Shown here: piece by piece, positions 40,472 to 50,845 of the stretch
Layout: every line of letters begins with the position of its first letter
How positions within the stretch are numbered: the first letter of the stretch is position 1
Assembly: GCA_963710755.1 (NCBI GenBank)
Contig: CAVQBK010000013.1
Location: forward strand, 96,001 to 160,000
Length of the DNA stretch: 64,000 nucleotides
Reading direction: 5' to 3'
DNA from: an uncultured bacterium
Lineage (GTDB): Bacteria; Oederibacteriota; JAAXVQ01; JAUVAV01
Made by a program: the position numbers and the translations under genes
The notes under the pieces: generated by a model
Databases searched by the model: none
What the model was told of the DNA's origin: nothing
What the model saw: only the letters and a program-made list of their open reading frames with translations

Positions 40472-41143
40472 CTATTCCACACCCTGGATAACCGCGCGAA
40501 AGCGCGGCGCCAGATGCTTTAACAGCAGCTCGGAAATAGCTTTTTGGGTCAGGTCGATTTCCAAATCTTCGCCCCGCAATTGCACACGCAAGCCTACTTG
40601 ATCGTCACCACCGGGGTGCAGATCCACCCCTTCGCGCAACATCTCACTGGACACGGCCAGCAGAAAATGGCGCAGCCGCTGTTTGCCTTTGCCTGACAGT
40701 TCCGTACCGGCATAATCTTCAAACAGCTCATTGGCGATCTGAATGTCCATGCCCTGGTCGGCGGGAATGGACGCCGAGCTTTTCAGGGCAATGGCCAGAA
40801 CCATCTGTTTTAAAAAATCATGGTCCTGCAGTTCCATGGAAACCAGCCGTCTCACATGAGCGGCAAACACGGACTTGAGATCTGTTTCCAGCCTGATCTC
40901 CACGTCCCGGACTGCCAGACGCAGGGCTTCATCAGCAGATCGGCGCTCCGCCTCAATTTCAGCCTTGGCTTTAGCTCGCAGGGCTTCCGCTTCTTCCCTG
41001 GCCTTAAAGAGCAGTTGTGAAGCCTGCTGCTGGGCCTGCTCCACAATCTTGGAGGCTTCGTCGCGACCCGATTGAATGCCCTCATCTTTCAGGCGGTTGA
41101 TCAGTTCCTGTACACCTGAGGAGCCTTTGCTTTCCTGAGCCAT
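40472..41143 (-). CDS. atpE: V/A-type ATP synthase subunit E
   Basis: VQELINRLKDEGI coiled-coil N-terminus; operon context. Confidence 0.85.
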   Translation of the reverse strand: MAQESKGSSGVQELINRLKDEGIQSGRDEASKIVEQAQQQASQLLFKAREEAEALRAKAKAEIEAERRSADEALRLAVRDVEIRLETDLKSVFAAHVRRLVSMELQDHDFLKQMVLAIALKSSASIPADQGMDIQIANELFEDYAGTELSGKGKQRLRHFLLAVSSEMLREGVDLHPGGDDQVGLRVQLRGEDLEIDLTQKAISELLLKHLAPRFRAVIQGVE

Positions 41144-41146
41144 AGT

Positions 41147-41608
41147 TTACTTTCCTCCCGGCAGTAATCCGGCCAAGACCAGCGCGAAAACAAAAGTGAA
41201 TACTGAGAACCCTTCCACCAGGGCGGCCGGTGCCAGTGATATACCAAACACTTCGGGTTTGCTTTTGGAGGTTTGAATGGCCGAGGCGCAGGTATAGCCC
41301 TGGTAAATGGCGCTGAACAGCAGGGCCACGCCCGTGAGCAGACCGATGGCAAAAATACCGGGCGCATTGGCCAGGTTGAGCGAACCGCTCAGAGAGAGCA
41401 TGATCACGATGCCGTAAATGGTCTGCGAAGAAGGCATGGCCGAAGCACCGATAAAGCGGCCATGGCCGCTTTCGGTCTCTAAAATAGCACCGCAAGCCGC
41501 CTGGCCGGCGCGGGCGCACCCAATCACACTGCCCACGGCCGCCAGGGCCATGGGAGAAAATACCCCCATCCAGCCCATCAATAAAAAAACCTTATCGCTC
41601 ACGTTCAT
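41147..41608 (-). CDS. atpK: V/A-type ATP synthase subunit K (4-TM proteolipid)
   Basis: PSSQTIYG, YQG, conserved Glu in LVEG. Confidence 0.9.
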   Translation of the reverse strand: MNVSDKVFLLMGWMGVFSPMALAAVGSVIGCARAGQAACGAILETESGHGRFIGASAMPSSQTIYGIVIMLSLSGSLNLANAPGIFAIGLLTGVALLFSAIYQGYTCASAIQTSKSKPEVFGISLAPAALVEGFSVFTFVFALVLAGLLPGGK

Positions 41609-41611
41609 TGT

Positions 41612-43387
41612 TTATTGCTCCTTTCGGGAAAATGCGCGGAAGGATGTGCCCTCCTCAGGAATACTCCAACGGAAAAATTCAATAAAATTGAGGCGCAGCC
41701 CATGGATCACACCGCTGGCCATGGCCAGCATAAAATTAATGCCATGACCGAAAAGCAAAATAAAAAACGCCGCCACCAATCCCAATCCCGGGAGGCTTTG
41801 GTTGACCTGGCCGGCAAGATGATTAAAGGTCGTGGCCAGAGAAGCGCTTGCCAGTCCCAGGGCAAACAAGCGCAGGTAACTCATTATGTCACCAAAAGCG
41901 CCCGACACCTGGGCCAATTGGCCCAGACCACCAAACAATCGCTTGGCCAAACTACCCCTGGTGACGCTAAACCCGGCGACCAGCATCGCGCCGAGGCTCA
42001 GCAGCACCATGCTCTGCGTCTGAACCGAAGAGACTTGCAGGTGCAGCACACCCGAGAACCACCACCAGCCTGCGCCCATAAGCATGAGGCACCATCCCAA
42101 AGAGGACAGTGCCCTGAGCTCGCGCCGCCAATGCCAGGTATTAGCGGTATTAGCCACCAGCAGATGAACCAGCCCAATGGCCAGGGAAAGATTCATCATT
42201 ACCTTAAAGTCATTAATATCCAGCAGCTTTAATTGCCCCAGCCAGGCATGACCCTGCAGGCTGACGCCGAAGTAACTGCCCACCATCACGCCCCATAGCA
42301 AAGAAGCCGCCACCAGGCTAAGCAGCAGCCTGCGAAAACGTATTTGCCAGGCCGTAGCATTTAATCTTTTCCACAGCAAGGCCAAAGCCGCGGCCATCAC
42401 CAGGGCATAACCGGCATCGGAGATAATAATGGCATAAAAAACGGCAAAGGAAAAAAAGACCACCACCGAAGGATCCCAGAGCCAATAGCTGGGCATGGTG
42501 TAAAATTGAACCAAATCCTGACCCCCGGCCACAGCCGGCTGATTGTGCAGCAAGGTGGGCGGCGTTTCGTCAGGGCCGGGGTCTGCCATCTCCAAGGCCA
42601 GGCCATGGTCTTGGCTGTACGTTTTCAACCGGCCGGCCTTATGCTTGGGTGCCCAGGCTTGCAACGCAAAAACATCGGGCGTATCCAATGTTTGCCGGGC
42701 AGCCTCCAGTCTGCCGGCCTGATCCTCCAGACGGCCCAGATTCTTGGCGAACAAAGCGCACCAGCGGGTCAGACTGACCCGTTCATTTTCCAGCTCATCC
42801 ATTTCCAGCTCCACCTCTTCCAGGCGCTCCGCCAGACGGCTGAGACTGTCATGCCCCAGATGAGTACGGTGAACCGGCATGTCCTTGGGTTCGTGCTTGG
42901 CCATCACCACCACATAATTGAAACGATTATCCTGGGCCACCAGTTCCCAGGTCAGGTTTTTTTTATCCAGTATAGGCAGTTGGCGGTGAGTCAGAATATA
43001 AAACCAGAAGCGCCAATGCCCCATGTTCTGGGCCGGCTCCATTTTAAAATCGCCCCAGGGCTTGAGCTCTTCTATTTTATTTTTCAGGGCATCCTGATCA
43101 TCTTCTAGAATTTGTATCCGCTCTTTGATTTCCAGCACCCGGGCCTGGACAGCTTCAATATCGAAGGCTTGCGGATCCTTGAGTTGTTTGCGCCGGCGAG
43201 GACAGCTCAGCAGGTATTGCAACGCCTCTCTGGCTTGGGCCGTAGGTCCGCTGTCAGAACTTTTTTCCCCGCTGGCGGTGAGCGGAATGATGTGTAAAAT
43301 GCCCATAGCTTGCAGATCGAGCAGAACCTGGGCTTTTTCCTGCAGGGGCCCATAAAAGGTGATTTTGGCCAGCGCCTGAATACTCAT
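41612..43387 (-). CDS. atpI: V/A-type ATP synthase subunit I
   Basis: PPTLL, DAGY, SYLRLFALGL, HGLRLNFIEFF. Confidence 0.93.
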   Translation of the reverse strand: MSIQALAKITFYGPLQEKAQVLLDLQAMGILHIIPLTASGEKSSDSGPTAQAREALQYLLSCPRRRKQLKDPQAFDIEAVQARVLEIKERIQILEDDQDALKNKIEELKPWGDFKMEPAQNMGHWRFWFYILTHRQLPILDKKNLTWELVAQDNRFNYVVVMAKHEPKDMPVHRTHLGHDSLSRLAERLEEVELEMDELENERVSLTRWCALFAKNLGRLEDQAGRLEAARQTLDTPDVFALQAWAPKHKAGRLKTYSQDHGLALEMADPGPDETPPTLLHNQPAVAGGQDLVQFYTMPSYWLWDPSVVVFFSFAVFYAIIISDAGYALVMAAALALLWKRLNATAWQIRFRRLLLSLVAASLLWGVMVGSYFGVSLQGHAWLGQLKLLDINDFKVMMNLSLAIGLVHLLVANTANTWHWRRELRALSSLGWCLMLMGAGWWWFSGVLHLQVSSVQTQSMVLLSLGAMLVAGFSVTRGSLAKRLFGGLGQLAQVSGAFGDIMSYLRLFALGLASASLATTFNHLAGQVNQSLPGLGLVAAFFILLFGHGINFMLAMASGVIHGLRLNFIEFFRWSIPEEGTSFRAFSRKEQ

Positions 43388-43402
43388 AACCCGCTCCCCC
43401 TA

Positions 43403-44017
43403 CTATGATGACCAAGACGGCCGTGATCGTTCATGCATTTGCTTGGCAATTTTGGACCGCACCACCGCAGCCCGTTCCGCATCACCCAGAAAAATCCGGA
43501 TACGGGCAATAGTGGTTTCTGTCTGCGGAATCAACACTTTCTTGAACAGATTTACCCGCTGAGTAATGCGCTTGACAGCCTGGGCCAGTAAATTTACCCG
43601 TCGGGCCATGACCTGCAAACGGGCCCGAAGGTCCAGCATGATTTTCATTTCCTTGACCAGGCGGTCCACCCAATGCGGCTTGGCCAGCATGGAATAGGGA
43701 TAAACAAAAAAGGCAACCTCTTCCAGTTTGGGCAACACCACGCCCACCACATTTTCCTGGCCGAGCCGCACGTCTTTAATCTTTACCAGACCGGCCACGG
43801 CGATGGCCTTATTGGCCAGCATAGGCAATTGAGCGCCCACCAAAGCCAGAGCCTCTCGCTCCTGCTGATGCAGGGTGCCGAGCGCTCTTTCCGCCTTTCT
43901 TTGTTCCCCCAGCAGCTGCATGCGCTTGAGCTCCAGCGAAGGCAGGAGCCGCTGATACAGTTTTAATTTAACCCGCTCTTTTTGCAGGCTGCTTTTATTC
44001 ATCGAAATTCTGCTCAT
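43403..44017 (-). CDS. atpD: V/A-type ATP synthase subunit D
   Basis: LPSLELKR, TQRVNLFKKVLIP. Confidence 0.92.
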   Translation of the reverse strand: MSRISMNKSSLQKERVKLKLYQRLLPSLELKRMQLLGEQRKAERALGTLHQQEREALALVGAQLPMLANKAIAVAGLVKIKDVRLGQENVVGVVLPKLEEVAFFVYPYSMLAKPHWVDRLVKEMKIMLDLRARLQVMARRVNLLAQAVKRITQRVNLFKKVLIPQTETTIARIRIFLGDAERAAVVRSKIAKQMHERSRPSWSS

Positions 44018-44062
44018 GGTTTATCCTTATGGTCCATGCAAGTTGTATAACTCCATCTCACG

Positions 44063-44089
44063 GCGGGGTTCAACCTGTTGAACCCCTGC
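44063..44089. other. Intra-operon hairpin between subunits B and D
   Basis: ggggttcaac-ct-gttgaacccc. Confidence 0.5.
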
Positions 44090-44146
44090 AATGAGCGCTT
44101 CACCCCTGTCTATGTCCGCAGTGTATGTTTATGAGTTGTCTTTTTT

Positions 44147-45511
44147 TTATTTCGGCGATACGGCCTGGTCTTCGGCCTGCTGTGCCTGTGCTTTATCGTT
44201 TCCCGGGTAATATTTATCGATTAAGCTCTGCTTCATCAGCAATTCTTCCGGCTGAAAACACTCGGCCAGGGTCTCCCAGCACCGGTCCAGGGCTTGGAGT
44301 ACGGGCATAGCCACTTCGATGGCCATGAAGCGCTCGCGAAACAGTCGGCCAAACTTCAGAAGTTTCTGATCATAATCGGAAAGTTCAAACGCCATGGCCT
44401 GCTTGCGCTGGGTTTCCATAGCCTCTGAATAAAAGCGAATCATGGTATTCATGATCTGGCCGTGGTCTTCCCTGGTGGCTTTGCCCACCACATGCTGTTT
44501 GAGGCGCGACAGGCTGCCAAAGGGGTCGATCATCTTTTGGTAAAGATAAAGCTGGCCTTCCGTGATGTAACCGGTGTTGTCCGGCACGGGATGGGTTACG
44601 TCATTGCCGGGCATGGTGGTCACGGTCAGAATAGTGACCGAGCCGGCACCTTTGTAGTCGCAGGCTTTTTCATAGCGCTTGGCCAGTTGGGTGTAGAGGT
44701 CGCCCAGATAACCCCTGGTGGCGGGAATGCGCTCCATGGCAATACCGATCTCCTTCATGGCGTCGGCATAAGCGGTCATGTCGGTCATGAGCACCAGCAC
44801 CCTTTTATGCTGGTTAACGGCAAAGTGTTCAGCCACGGCCAGGGCCAGGTCAGGCACCTGCAGGCGCTCCACGATGGGGTCGGAAGCCAGGTTGACGTAC
44901 ATCACAGTGCGATGAAACACGCCGTGGTCTTCAAAAGCTTTGCGGAAAAAATAATAATCGTCAAAAATCAAGCCTAACCCGGCAAACACCACCACATCGG
45001 CATCAGCCTGAAAGCCGATGCGCGCCAGCAGTTGGTTGTAAGGTTCACCGGCCACGGAAAAAATGGGTATTTTCTGGCTCTCCACCAGGGAATTGAACAG
45101 GTCGATCATGGGCACTTCGGTCTGAATCATGTTGGAAGGCATAACCCGCATCATGGGGTTGACCGTGGGCCCCATGACATTGATGGTGGGGTCCGTGGAC
45201 AGGTCGGGGCCGTCATCCAGAATGTCGCCGGACCCTTTGAAAATGCGGCCCAAAATGTTGTCGGAACAGGTAACTTTGAGAGGATGGCCTAGAAAGCGGA
45301 CATGGGCGTCCGTGGACAGGCCCTTGCTGCCGCTGAAGACTTGCAGCCGTACCAAAGGACCGTTGAGTTCCACCACCTTGGCCAGGGACTGCTCACGTGC
45401 GCCAAACTCCACCACCGCCAAATCGCCGAAGGCAATATCATCAGCCTTGACGGTGATGGTGTCCCCGATGATTTCAAGGATTTGCGTATGCCGCCGCAGT
45501 TCTTCAAACAT
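44147..45511 (-). CDS. atpB: V/A-type ATP synthase subunit B
   Basis: SQKIPIFS, TDMTAYA, RGYLGDLY, THPVPDNTGYITEGQ; GGGAG before ATG 45511. Confidence 0.95.
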   Translation of the reverse strand: MFEELRRHTQILEIIGDTITVKADDIAFGDLAVVEFGAREQSLAKVVELNGPLVRLQVFSGSKGLSTDAHVRFLGHPLKVTCSDNILGRIFKGSGDILDDGPDLSTDPTINVMGPTVNPMMRVMPSNMIQTEVPMIDLFNSLVESQKIPIFSVAGEPYNQLLARIGFQADADVVVFAGLGLIFDDYYFFRKAFEDHGVFHRTVMYVNLASDPIVERLQVPDLALAVAEHFAVNQHKRVLVLMTDMTAYADAMKEIGIAMERIPATRGYLGDLYTQLAKRYEKACDYKGAGSVTILTVTTMPGNDVTHPVPDNTGYITEGQLYLYQKMIDPFGSLSRLKQHVVGKATREDHGQIMNTMIRFYSEAMETQRKQAMAFELSDYDQKLLKFGRLFRERFMAIEVAMPVLQALDRCWETLAECFQPEELLMKQSLIDKYYPGNDKAQAQQAEDQAVSPK

Positions 45512-45673
45512 GCGCTTGCTCTCCCAACCCGGTGTTTTTGACAGGCGTCGATGGCATGGCCTGCCTGTGATTTGAAGTGCTGTTTCGAAGTGCCGCGTCT
45601 TGACTGAAGCGTCTTTAATTATGCAATGAAAGCCGGAGGCATGCAAGGGCAATGATCGACCTTAAAAGCGGAC

Positions 45674-46309
45674 CTAGCCCAGCCACCCTGGGAACAACTC
45701 GGTCAGACCATTGGCCATAAATTGCACGGCTGCCGCGGACAGCAGCAACCCCATCAGGCGCGTTGAGATTTTAAGGCCATTGGCCCCCAGAAATTTACTG
45801 ACCGGCCTGGCCAGACTGAGGATAAGACCGGTCAGAAGGCCGATGAGCAGACTGATGCCAAGCAGCAGCATATAATGATGCATGCCGCTATGACGATGAG
45901 CAAAGAGAATCATGGAACTGATGGCGCCAGGACCGCTTAGCAGGGGTATGGCCAGAGGCACAAAAATATAGCCATCGTCCTTTGGATTGGTTTCAGCCAA
46001 TTCAGCGCGGTCGAGCTGAAAGCGATGGTCAGCCAGCATCATTTTAATGCCGATCAGGAGAAGTAAAATACCCCCGGCCACACGAAAAGAGGCAATCTGA
46101 ATGCCAAAGGCTTCCAGCAATTTCTCACCGGCAAGCGCAGACAAGGCCAGTACGACAAACACCGTGGCCGCAGCCAGCCAAGCCGCTCGTTGCTTACCTT
46201 TGAGGGCACCTTCCCCTACCAGAGAAAGCAAAACCGGTATGCCGCCAATGGGATCGACAATGGCCAGCAAGGTAATGAACATGTTAACGTACTCGTGGAT
46301 GTTTTTCAT
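45674..46309 (-). CDS. MarC family membrane protein
   Basis: DPIG, FRVAGG, PLAIPLLSGPGAI, RLMGLLL. Confidence 0.93.
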   Translation of the reverse strand: MKNIHEYVNMFITLLAIVDPIGGIPVLLSLVGEGALKGKQRAAWLAAATVFVVLALSALAGEKLLEAFGIQIASFRVAGGILLLLIGIKMMLADHRFQLDRAELAETNPKDDGYIFVPLAIPLLSGPGAISSMILFAHRHSGMHHYMLLLGISLLIGLLTGLILSLARPVSKFLGANGLKISTRLMGLLLSAAAVQFMANGLTELFPGWLG

Positions 46310-46321
46310 GACCTTTAATCC

Positions 46322-49300
46322 TCATGCGGCTTGAAACGGGCCGCGCAGACGTCGCCGGGGATGACCCGGTATCGGCGGCCTCGCGGGCAAGATTATGGAT
46401 CTAATTTTTTCCAAAAGCAAGATCAAAGGTGTAAAGAACCTTGTCTTGTTCATGTTCGCCGTGGTCAGGCTGTGGTTGATCCAATTCTTCATCAGCTCGA
46501 TTAACCAAGTTAACCCAAGACTGCTTATCATCACGGCTGCCGCCAAACCAGGTCCTTGCCAGTGGCCATTCATTACCGCCAGAGCCAGATGTCCGGCAGC
46601 CCCCACAGCCAGCAGCAGCGTTAGTCCGCTGAAGGTCACCATACCCTGCATGGAAGACGGTCCTTTGAGGATGGCCTTCACCCACGACGGGATACCTACA
46701 TCCTTCTCACTGGGATTCAGGAAACGAAGAATCCAATCCATATCATCGGGTCCCAACCATTCTGCCTCACAAAGGGGTTTAAAATAATCGTTTTGCAATA
46801 ATTGGCGCAGGTCCTGGTTATGGTTTAAATACTGGGCTTTTCCGGCCCGGCCCATGTCCGCTATCACCACCGGCAGGATGCCGGCCAAGGCTGTCTTTTT
46901 GGTATCATGGGTGCTGCGCCAAACCACTTTGGCCAAATGATCACCCAGGGTTCTGACCAGAGACAGGTCTTGGCCCTGTATTAAATAGGTTTCTTCAAGC
47001 ACCGTTGTACGCAGCCGCTCCATTTCATGGAGCTGGTCCGTCACCACTTCCTCCAGACTTTTAGGGTGCGCCACCACCGAATTTCCGGCAAGCGCTTGAA
47101 AAGAAACCCGGTCCAGCTGCTCTGCAGATAGTAATGTGTGATTCCCTTGCATCACCGTAAAATATTTAAAATATCGGTTAAGCAATGCTTTGATGGCCGG
47201 GAACATGACCCGATCTATCCGCAAGGTTGCATAAGTCTTGTCGGTCATGATTTTGGTGCGGAGGAAATTCATTGCCGTAAAGGTAAACCCCGCGGGCACA
47301 ACGTCTCCCTTTGACAGAGGTTGGAGCACCATCTGACCGAGAGCCTTATCCAAAGTCAATACCATGCGCCCTACAAAGGCCCCGCGGTTTTTATCTGATA
47401 ATCGTTTCCACCTTACCGGTTTGCTCTTCATAAGGTAAAAGTCATAAATAGATCCCCTCATTTTGTTGACGACGAAATGCTGCCATGGGTTAAACACGTT
47501 GGCCAACCCATTCAAATCGGGATCAAAATCCTGCAGCGCATAGTGCTTCTCCAAATAATGGCGAATGGTGCGTTCCAGTGCCTTCCTATCCGCGGACTTG
47601 GCAGCAAACCTTGCCAGCACTAGTGGACGCATGGCTTCCTCTACACCGGGAAGACCGGCAAGTGCTTTAATAGCCTCGCGATTATTCAGGCCCAGTTGCT
47701 GCCATAAAGGGCCTTTTTGCGGATCCAGCAAGCTTTCCAGCGACATTTGCTGGAGTTCTAATTTTTGCTCCCCATTGATCAGGCTGGTCGTAGGGAGAAT
47801 GACGTTGAGCAGGATGTTGGCCAGGGCATGTTCCAGAAAGGGTTTCACGGTCTCGGGCTTTTGAGCGCGCTGTTCCAAGCCCTGCACGATGGCGGTCAGG
47901 ATCTGGTGTTGTTTTTCTTGTTCCACGCCATAGTATTGCAAGGTTAAAATAAATTGCCGTAGCCGCCCTGCTTCGTGAGCCATGACGCCTGGGGGAGAAA
48001 ACCATAGGGCCAGAGCCTGCTTCAAGTCATCGTCCTGCCCCGAAGCCAAGGACCAGATCCATTGATCCAGTGAAGTAAGAACCGGCGGCCCTTCCAAGGA
48101 AGAGGGATGGGCCCGGATTTGTTCCAACAACAGGCCATGGCAGGCACTCAAGATTTGCAAGGATTTTAAAGGTTGTTTCTTCGTCTCAGCCATCACCAGC
48201 CGGTACAGTTGGTCGGACAGCTCCATCAGTCCTTTTCCTTGAGGGGCTGTTAAACCCTGACGTGTGTCGAGGAGCAACGCCAATTTCCAAGCTAAGAGGT
48301 GATAATCCGCCAGCCTACGTACACCTAGCCGTTCCTGGTTTAATTGAGCCAGACGGGCTGCGGCTTCAGGGTCCAAGAGATCGGGTTCCTTGGCCAGAGT
48401 CTCCACCATCAGGCCGACCCAGCGTAAAGGAGTGGGCCTCCCTTCGGCTCTCACCTTTTGAAAAAAGAGATCACCAGGGGCAGCCATTCTCTGTAACATT
48501 TTGAGGTTTTGGTCCAATTCATGATTCTGGTCTTCCGGTGTATACGCCAGCCAGGCGGTTAAAAGTTTATAAAACAACAGGTTGTAGTCATCACCAAACC
48601 AATTTTCCAGCCGGCTGCGCATTTGTATAAAATCATCGAGCGATTCCAAAGGCCTGCGCTGAGCCTGCCGCACCAGATAATGGTTAAAAAAGGGTAAGTC
48701 CTTTGGGTTAATGGACCAGGGGACGGTTCCGCGCTTGAAAGGACGATTGAGCCAGGCTTCAGTCACTTCTGCAAGCAGTTGGGGCTGGTCTGAAAGGGTC
48801 AGGCCAAAATACCGGTGCAGGCTGCCTATGTAAACCTGCTGGCTCGGTGCGGCAGCCACCAGCAGGGATTTGAGGAGAGTCGATTTATCTGCTCGGGGCA
48901 GTTGCAGGTTAAAGTATTGCTGGAACCAGGGCCCAAAAAGACGGGGGCAACGGTCTATCATCCAGTAAGCCAGTCGGCGTTTGATTCGCCAGTCAGCTTG
49001 CTGCAGTTTTTTCTGGAAAGATTGCCAGCGGCGGTCATGCATACTGACATCCTGTAGGTTCAGAGTTTGCACATCCTTTTTCCATCGGGGCACCCAGTCG
49101 GGCTGAGGTTCAGATCCGCTGCTGGTCATCATACCTAATAAGCCCGGTATTAAGGTTGTAAAGTCATGGTCCATCACTGCCTTGATCGTATAGCCCAGCA
49201 CCACGGCAGCAGCTCCGGTCATCAGCAAGCGTCGGGATCCCCAGGCTTTCACAGCCAAGGCCTTCACCCCTTTCTTCGCAGTTTTCCCCAGAGGGCGCCA

Positions 49301-50845
49301 TGAAAAAGCGCGTTCCATCGCAGGGCGCACCCCTTTCCAGGCGCGCTGAACTTCTTCAGCCGAAGCCTGATAAATCCAAATCTTAAGGTGGCCCAGCCTG
49401 AGGACCATCTCCGGTTTGAGCACTGACGGCAAGTCCTTAACCGGATTGGCTTGAAAAACCACGAGCCGCCTTTGACCGTCAGGTAAAGTCAGCCGTGCCA
49501 TGCGCCAAAGCTCGCTTTGATTCTGACCGGCCATGGTTAAGAGATGCACCAAAAATCGAATCATCTCTTGAAAGCGTTCTTGTTCCCGGGTGAGCGTATG
49601 GCTTCCAGGCATGCTGGTTTTAGGCCCTTGATAAAAGCGCGTAAGCAAAGACAAACTTGCAGGATGCTTGTCCAGATAGGATGCCAGAGCCGTGGCTCTT
49701 TGGGTCAGAAGACCAAAATAAGGATTGGCTGCCTCGGGACGGGTTAGACTGGGGATGATGGAGATGGTGGAAAAACCATGTGCCTGCAAAGCTTGTAGAA
49801 AGTCTTGCGTATGAAATCCTCCGGTCACCACGACGGCCACGTTTTGTTTTTCTTCAGCCATGGTCCGCGCCCAATGGTCTGCAAAAACACGGCTCCGTTG
49901 GTGGGCGGTTGCATAAAAGGTCCTGGCCACCTTAAGTTTGTTATCCAAAAAGACGGGATCATTATTAACCAGCCAGGAAGTCTGCACTGCCCGGGGAAGG
50001 AGATGCAAGCAAGCCTTGATATTGAACCAATGCGGATGAGCCAGGAAGGTCGCCACGTCCTGTGGCGTGGCTGAAATAGTGAGCACTCTTTCCAGTACGT
50101 CCAAGCGTTGCTGCCATGGCTTTAAAACTGAAGACTTGGCATTACTGCCACCAGGAGCAAATTGATTTTGAAGCGCTTCTTTTAAATCCTGGAAGTAACC
50201 CAAGGTTTCGGTGGTTAACAAGGTACGTGCTTGCTGAAGATTGGCTTCATACAAAGCTTTATCTTCAAACCCTTTCACCATCAGAGGCGTGGGATTCAAA
50301 GTTGCACCATATTCAGCGCCTGTGATCAAGCCCTGCTGAAGCAAATAATCTGCGATTGATTGACGAATAACAGGATTGACCAGCCCGCGCAAAGGGGAGA
50401 GATCCAGATAATCCCAAGCGCCTTCCACGCCCACCAGCCTGACGCCTTGATGTTTGGCCAAATAACGGACCAGCCCGGCAATATGACGCTGTACCTCCTC
50501 CTGGCCATGTAGATCCTGCACCTGAATGATCAATGGCCCGGTGCCAAGGTGCCGGCTAACCACGGTGCCCAAGGCTTTGGGTACAGTGACAACCTTAGGA
50601 TCCAGGCTTGGCCGCGCCTTAGGAATAAAAGCCCAGCTCACTTCAGGACTAAGCCAGCTGAGCAACATTATCATGATAAGGCCAGCCCTTAGCTTCCTGT
50701 GGTGCCTGAACAGTGTCAAGGCAACGGGTTTGACCTTTCTGTGATGGGACAACCATTTCATAAGATGCAAATCGACACCCCAAAAGTCAAGTCGCCTGGG
50801 ACATGTCCTGCCGGTAATTGGCCGGGCAAGGACAGTTGTACCCAA
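46322..50845 (-). CDS. Large (about 1480-1507 aa) hypothetical exported/membrane protein with an N-terminal QDLH/VGVEGA domain
   Basis: Long uninterrupted ORF, probable start near 50761. Signal-like hydrophobic segment, IQVQDLHG..VQRHI, VGVEGA, ITGAEY, GFED..LY..NL, VVTGGFHT; internal and C-terminal TM segments. Confidence 0.8.
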   Translation of the reverse strand: MGTTVLARPITGRTCPRRLDFWGVDLHLMKWLSHHRKVKPVALTLFRHHRKLRAGLIMIMLLSWLSPEVSWAFIPKARPSLDPKVVTVPKALGTVVSRHLGTGPLIIQVQDLHGQEEVQRHIAGLVRYLAKHQGVRLVGVEGAWDYLDLSPLRGLVNPVIRQSIADYLLQQGLITGAEYGATLNPTPLMVKGFEDKALYEANLQQARTLLTTETLGYFQDLKEALQNQFAPGGSNAKSSVLKPWQQRLDVLERVLTISATPQDVATFLAHPHWFNIKACLHLLPRAVQTSWLVNNDPVFLDNKLKVARTFYATAHQRSRVFADHWARTMAEEKQNVAVVVTGGFHTQDFLQALQAHGFSTISIIPSLTRPEAANPYFGLLTQRATALASYLDKHPASLSLLTRFYQGPKTSMPGSHTLTREQERFQEMIRFLVHLLTMAGQNQSELWRMARLTLPDGQRRLVVFQANPVKDLPSVLKPEMVLRLGHLKIWIYQASAEEVQRAWKGVRPAMERAFSWRPLGKTAKKGVKALAVKAWGSRRLLMTGAAAVVLGYTIKAVMDHDFTTLIPGLLGMMTSSGSEPQPDWVPRWKKDVQTLNLQDVSMHDRRWQSFQKKLQQADWRIKRRLAYWMIDRCPRLFGPWFQQYFNLQLPRADKSTLLKSLLVAAAPSQQVYIGSLHRYFGLTLSDQPQLLAEVTEAWLNRPFKRGTVPWSINPKDLPFFNHYLVRQAQRRPLESLDDFIQMRSRLENWFGDDYNLLFYKLLTAWLAYTPEDQNHELDQNLKMLQRMAAPGDLFFQKVRAEGRPTPLRWVGLMVETLAKEPDLLDPEAAARLAQLNQERLGVRRLADYHLLAWKLALLLDTRQGLTAPQGKGLMELSDQLYRLVMAETKKQPLKSLQILSACHGLLLEQIRAHPSSLEGPPVLTSLDQWIWSLASGQDDDLKQALALWFSPPGVMAHEAGRLRQFILTLQYYGVEQEKQHQILTAIVQGLEQRAQKPETVKPFLEHALANILLNVILPTTSLINGEQKLELQQMSLESLLDPQKGPLWQQLGLNNREAIKALAGLPGVEEAMRPLVLARFAAKSADRKALERTIRHYLEKHYALQDFDPDLNGLANVFNPWQHFVVNKMRGSIYDFYLMKSKPVRWKRLSDKNRGAFVGRMVLTLDKALGQMVLQPLSKGDVVPAGFTFTAMNFLRTKIMTDKTYATLRIDRVMFPAIKALLNRYFKYFTVMQGNHTLLSAEQLDRVSFQALAGNSVVAHPKSLEEVVTDQLHEMERLRTTVLEETYLIQGQDLSLVRTLGDHLAKVVWRSTHDTKKTALAGILPVVIADMGRAGKAQYLNHNQDLRQLLQNDYFKPLCEAEWLGPDDMDWILRFLNPSEKDVGIPSWVKAILKGPSSMQGMVTFSGLTLLLAVGAAGHLALAVMNGHWQGPGLAAAVMISSLGLTWLIELMKNWINHSLTTANMNKTRFFTPLILLLEKIRSIILPARPPIPGHPRRRLRGPFQAA

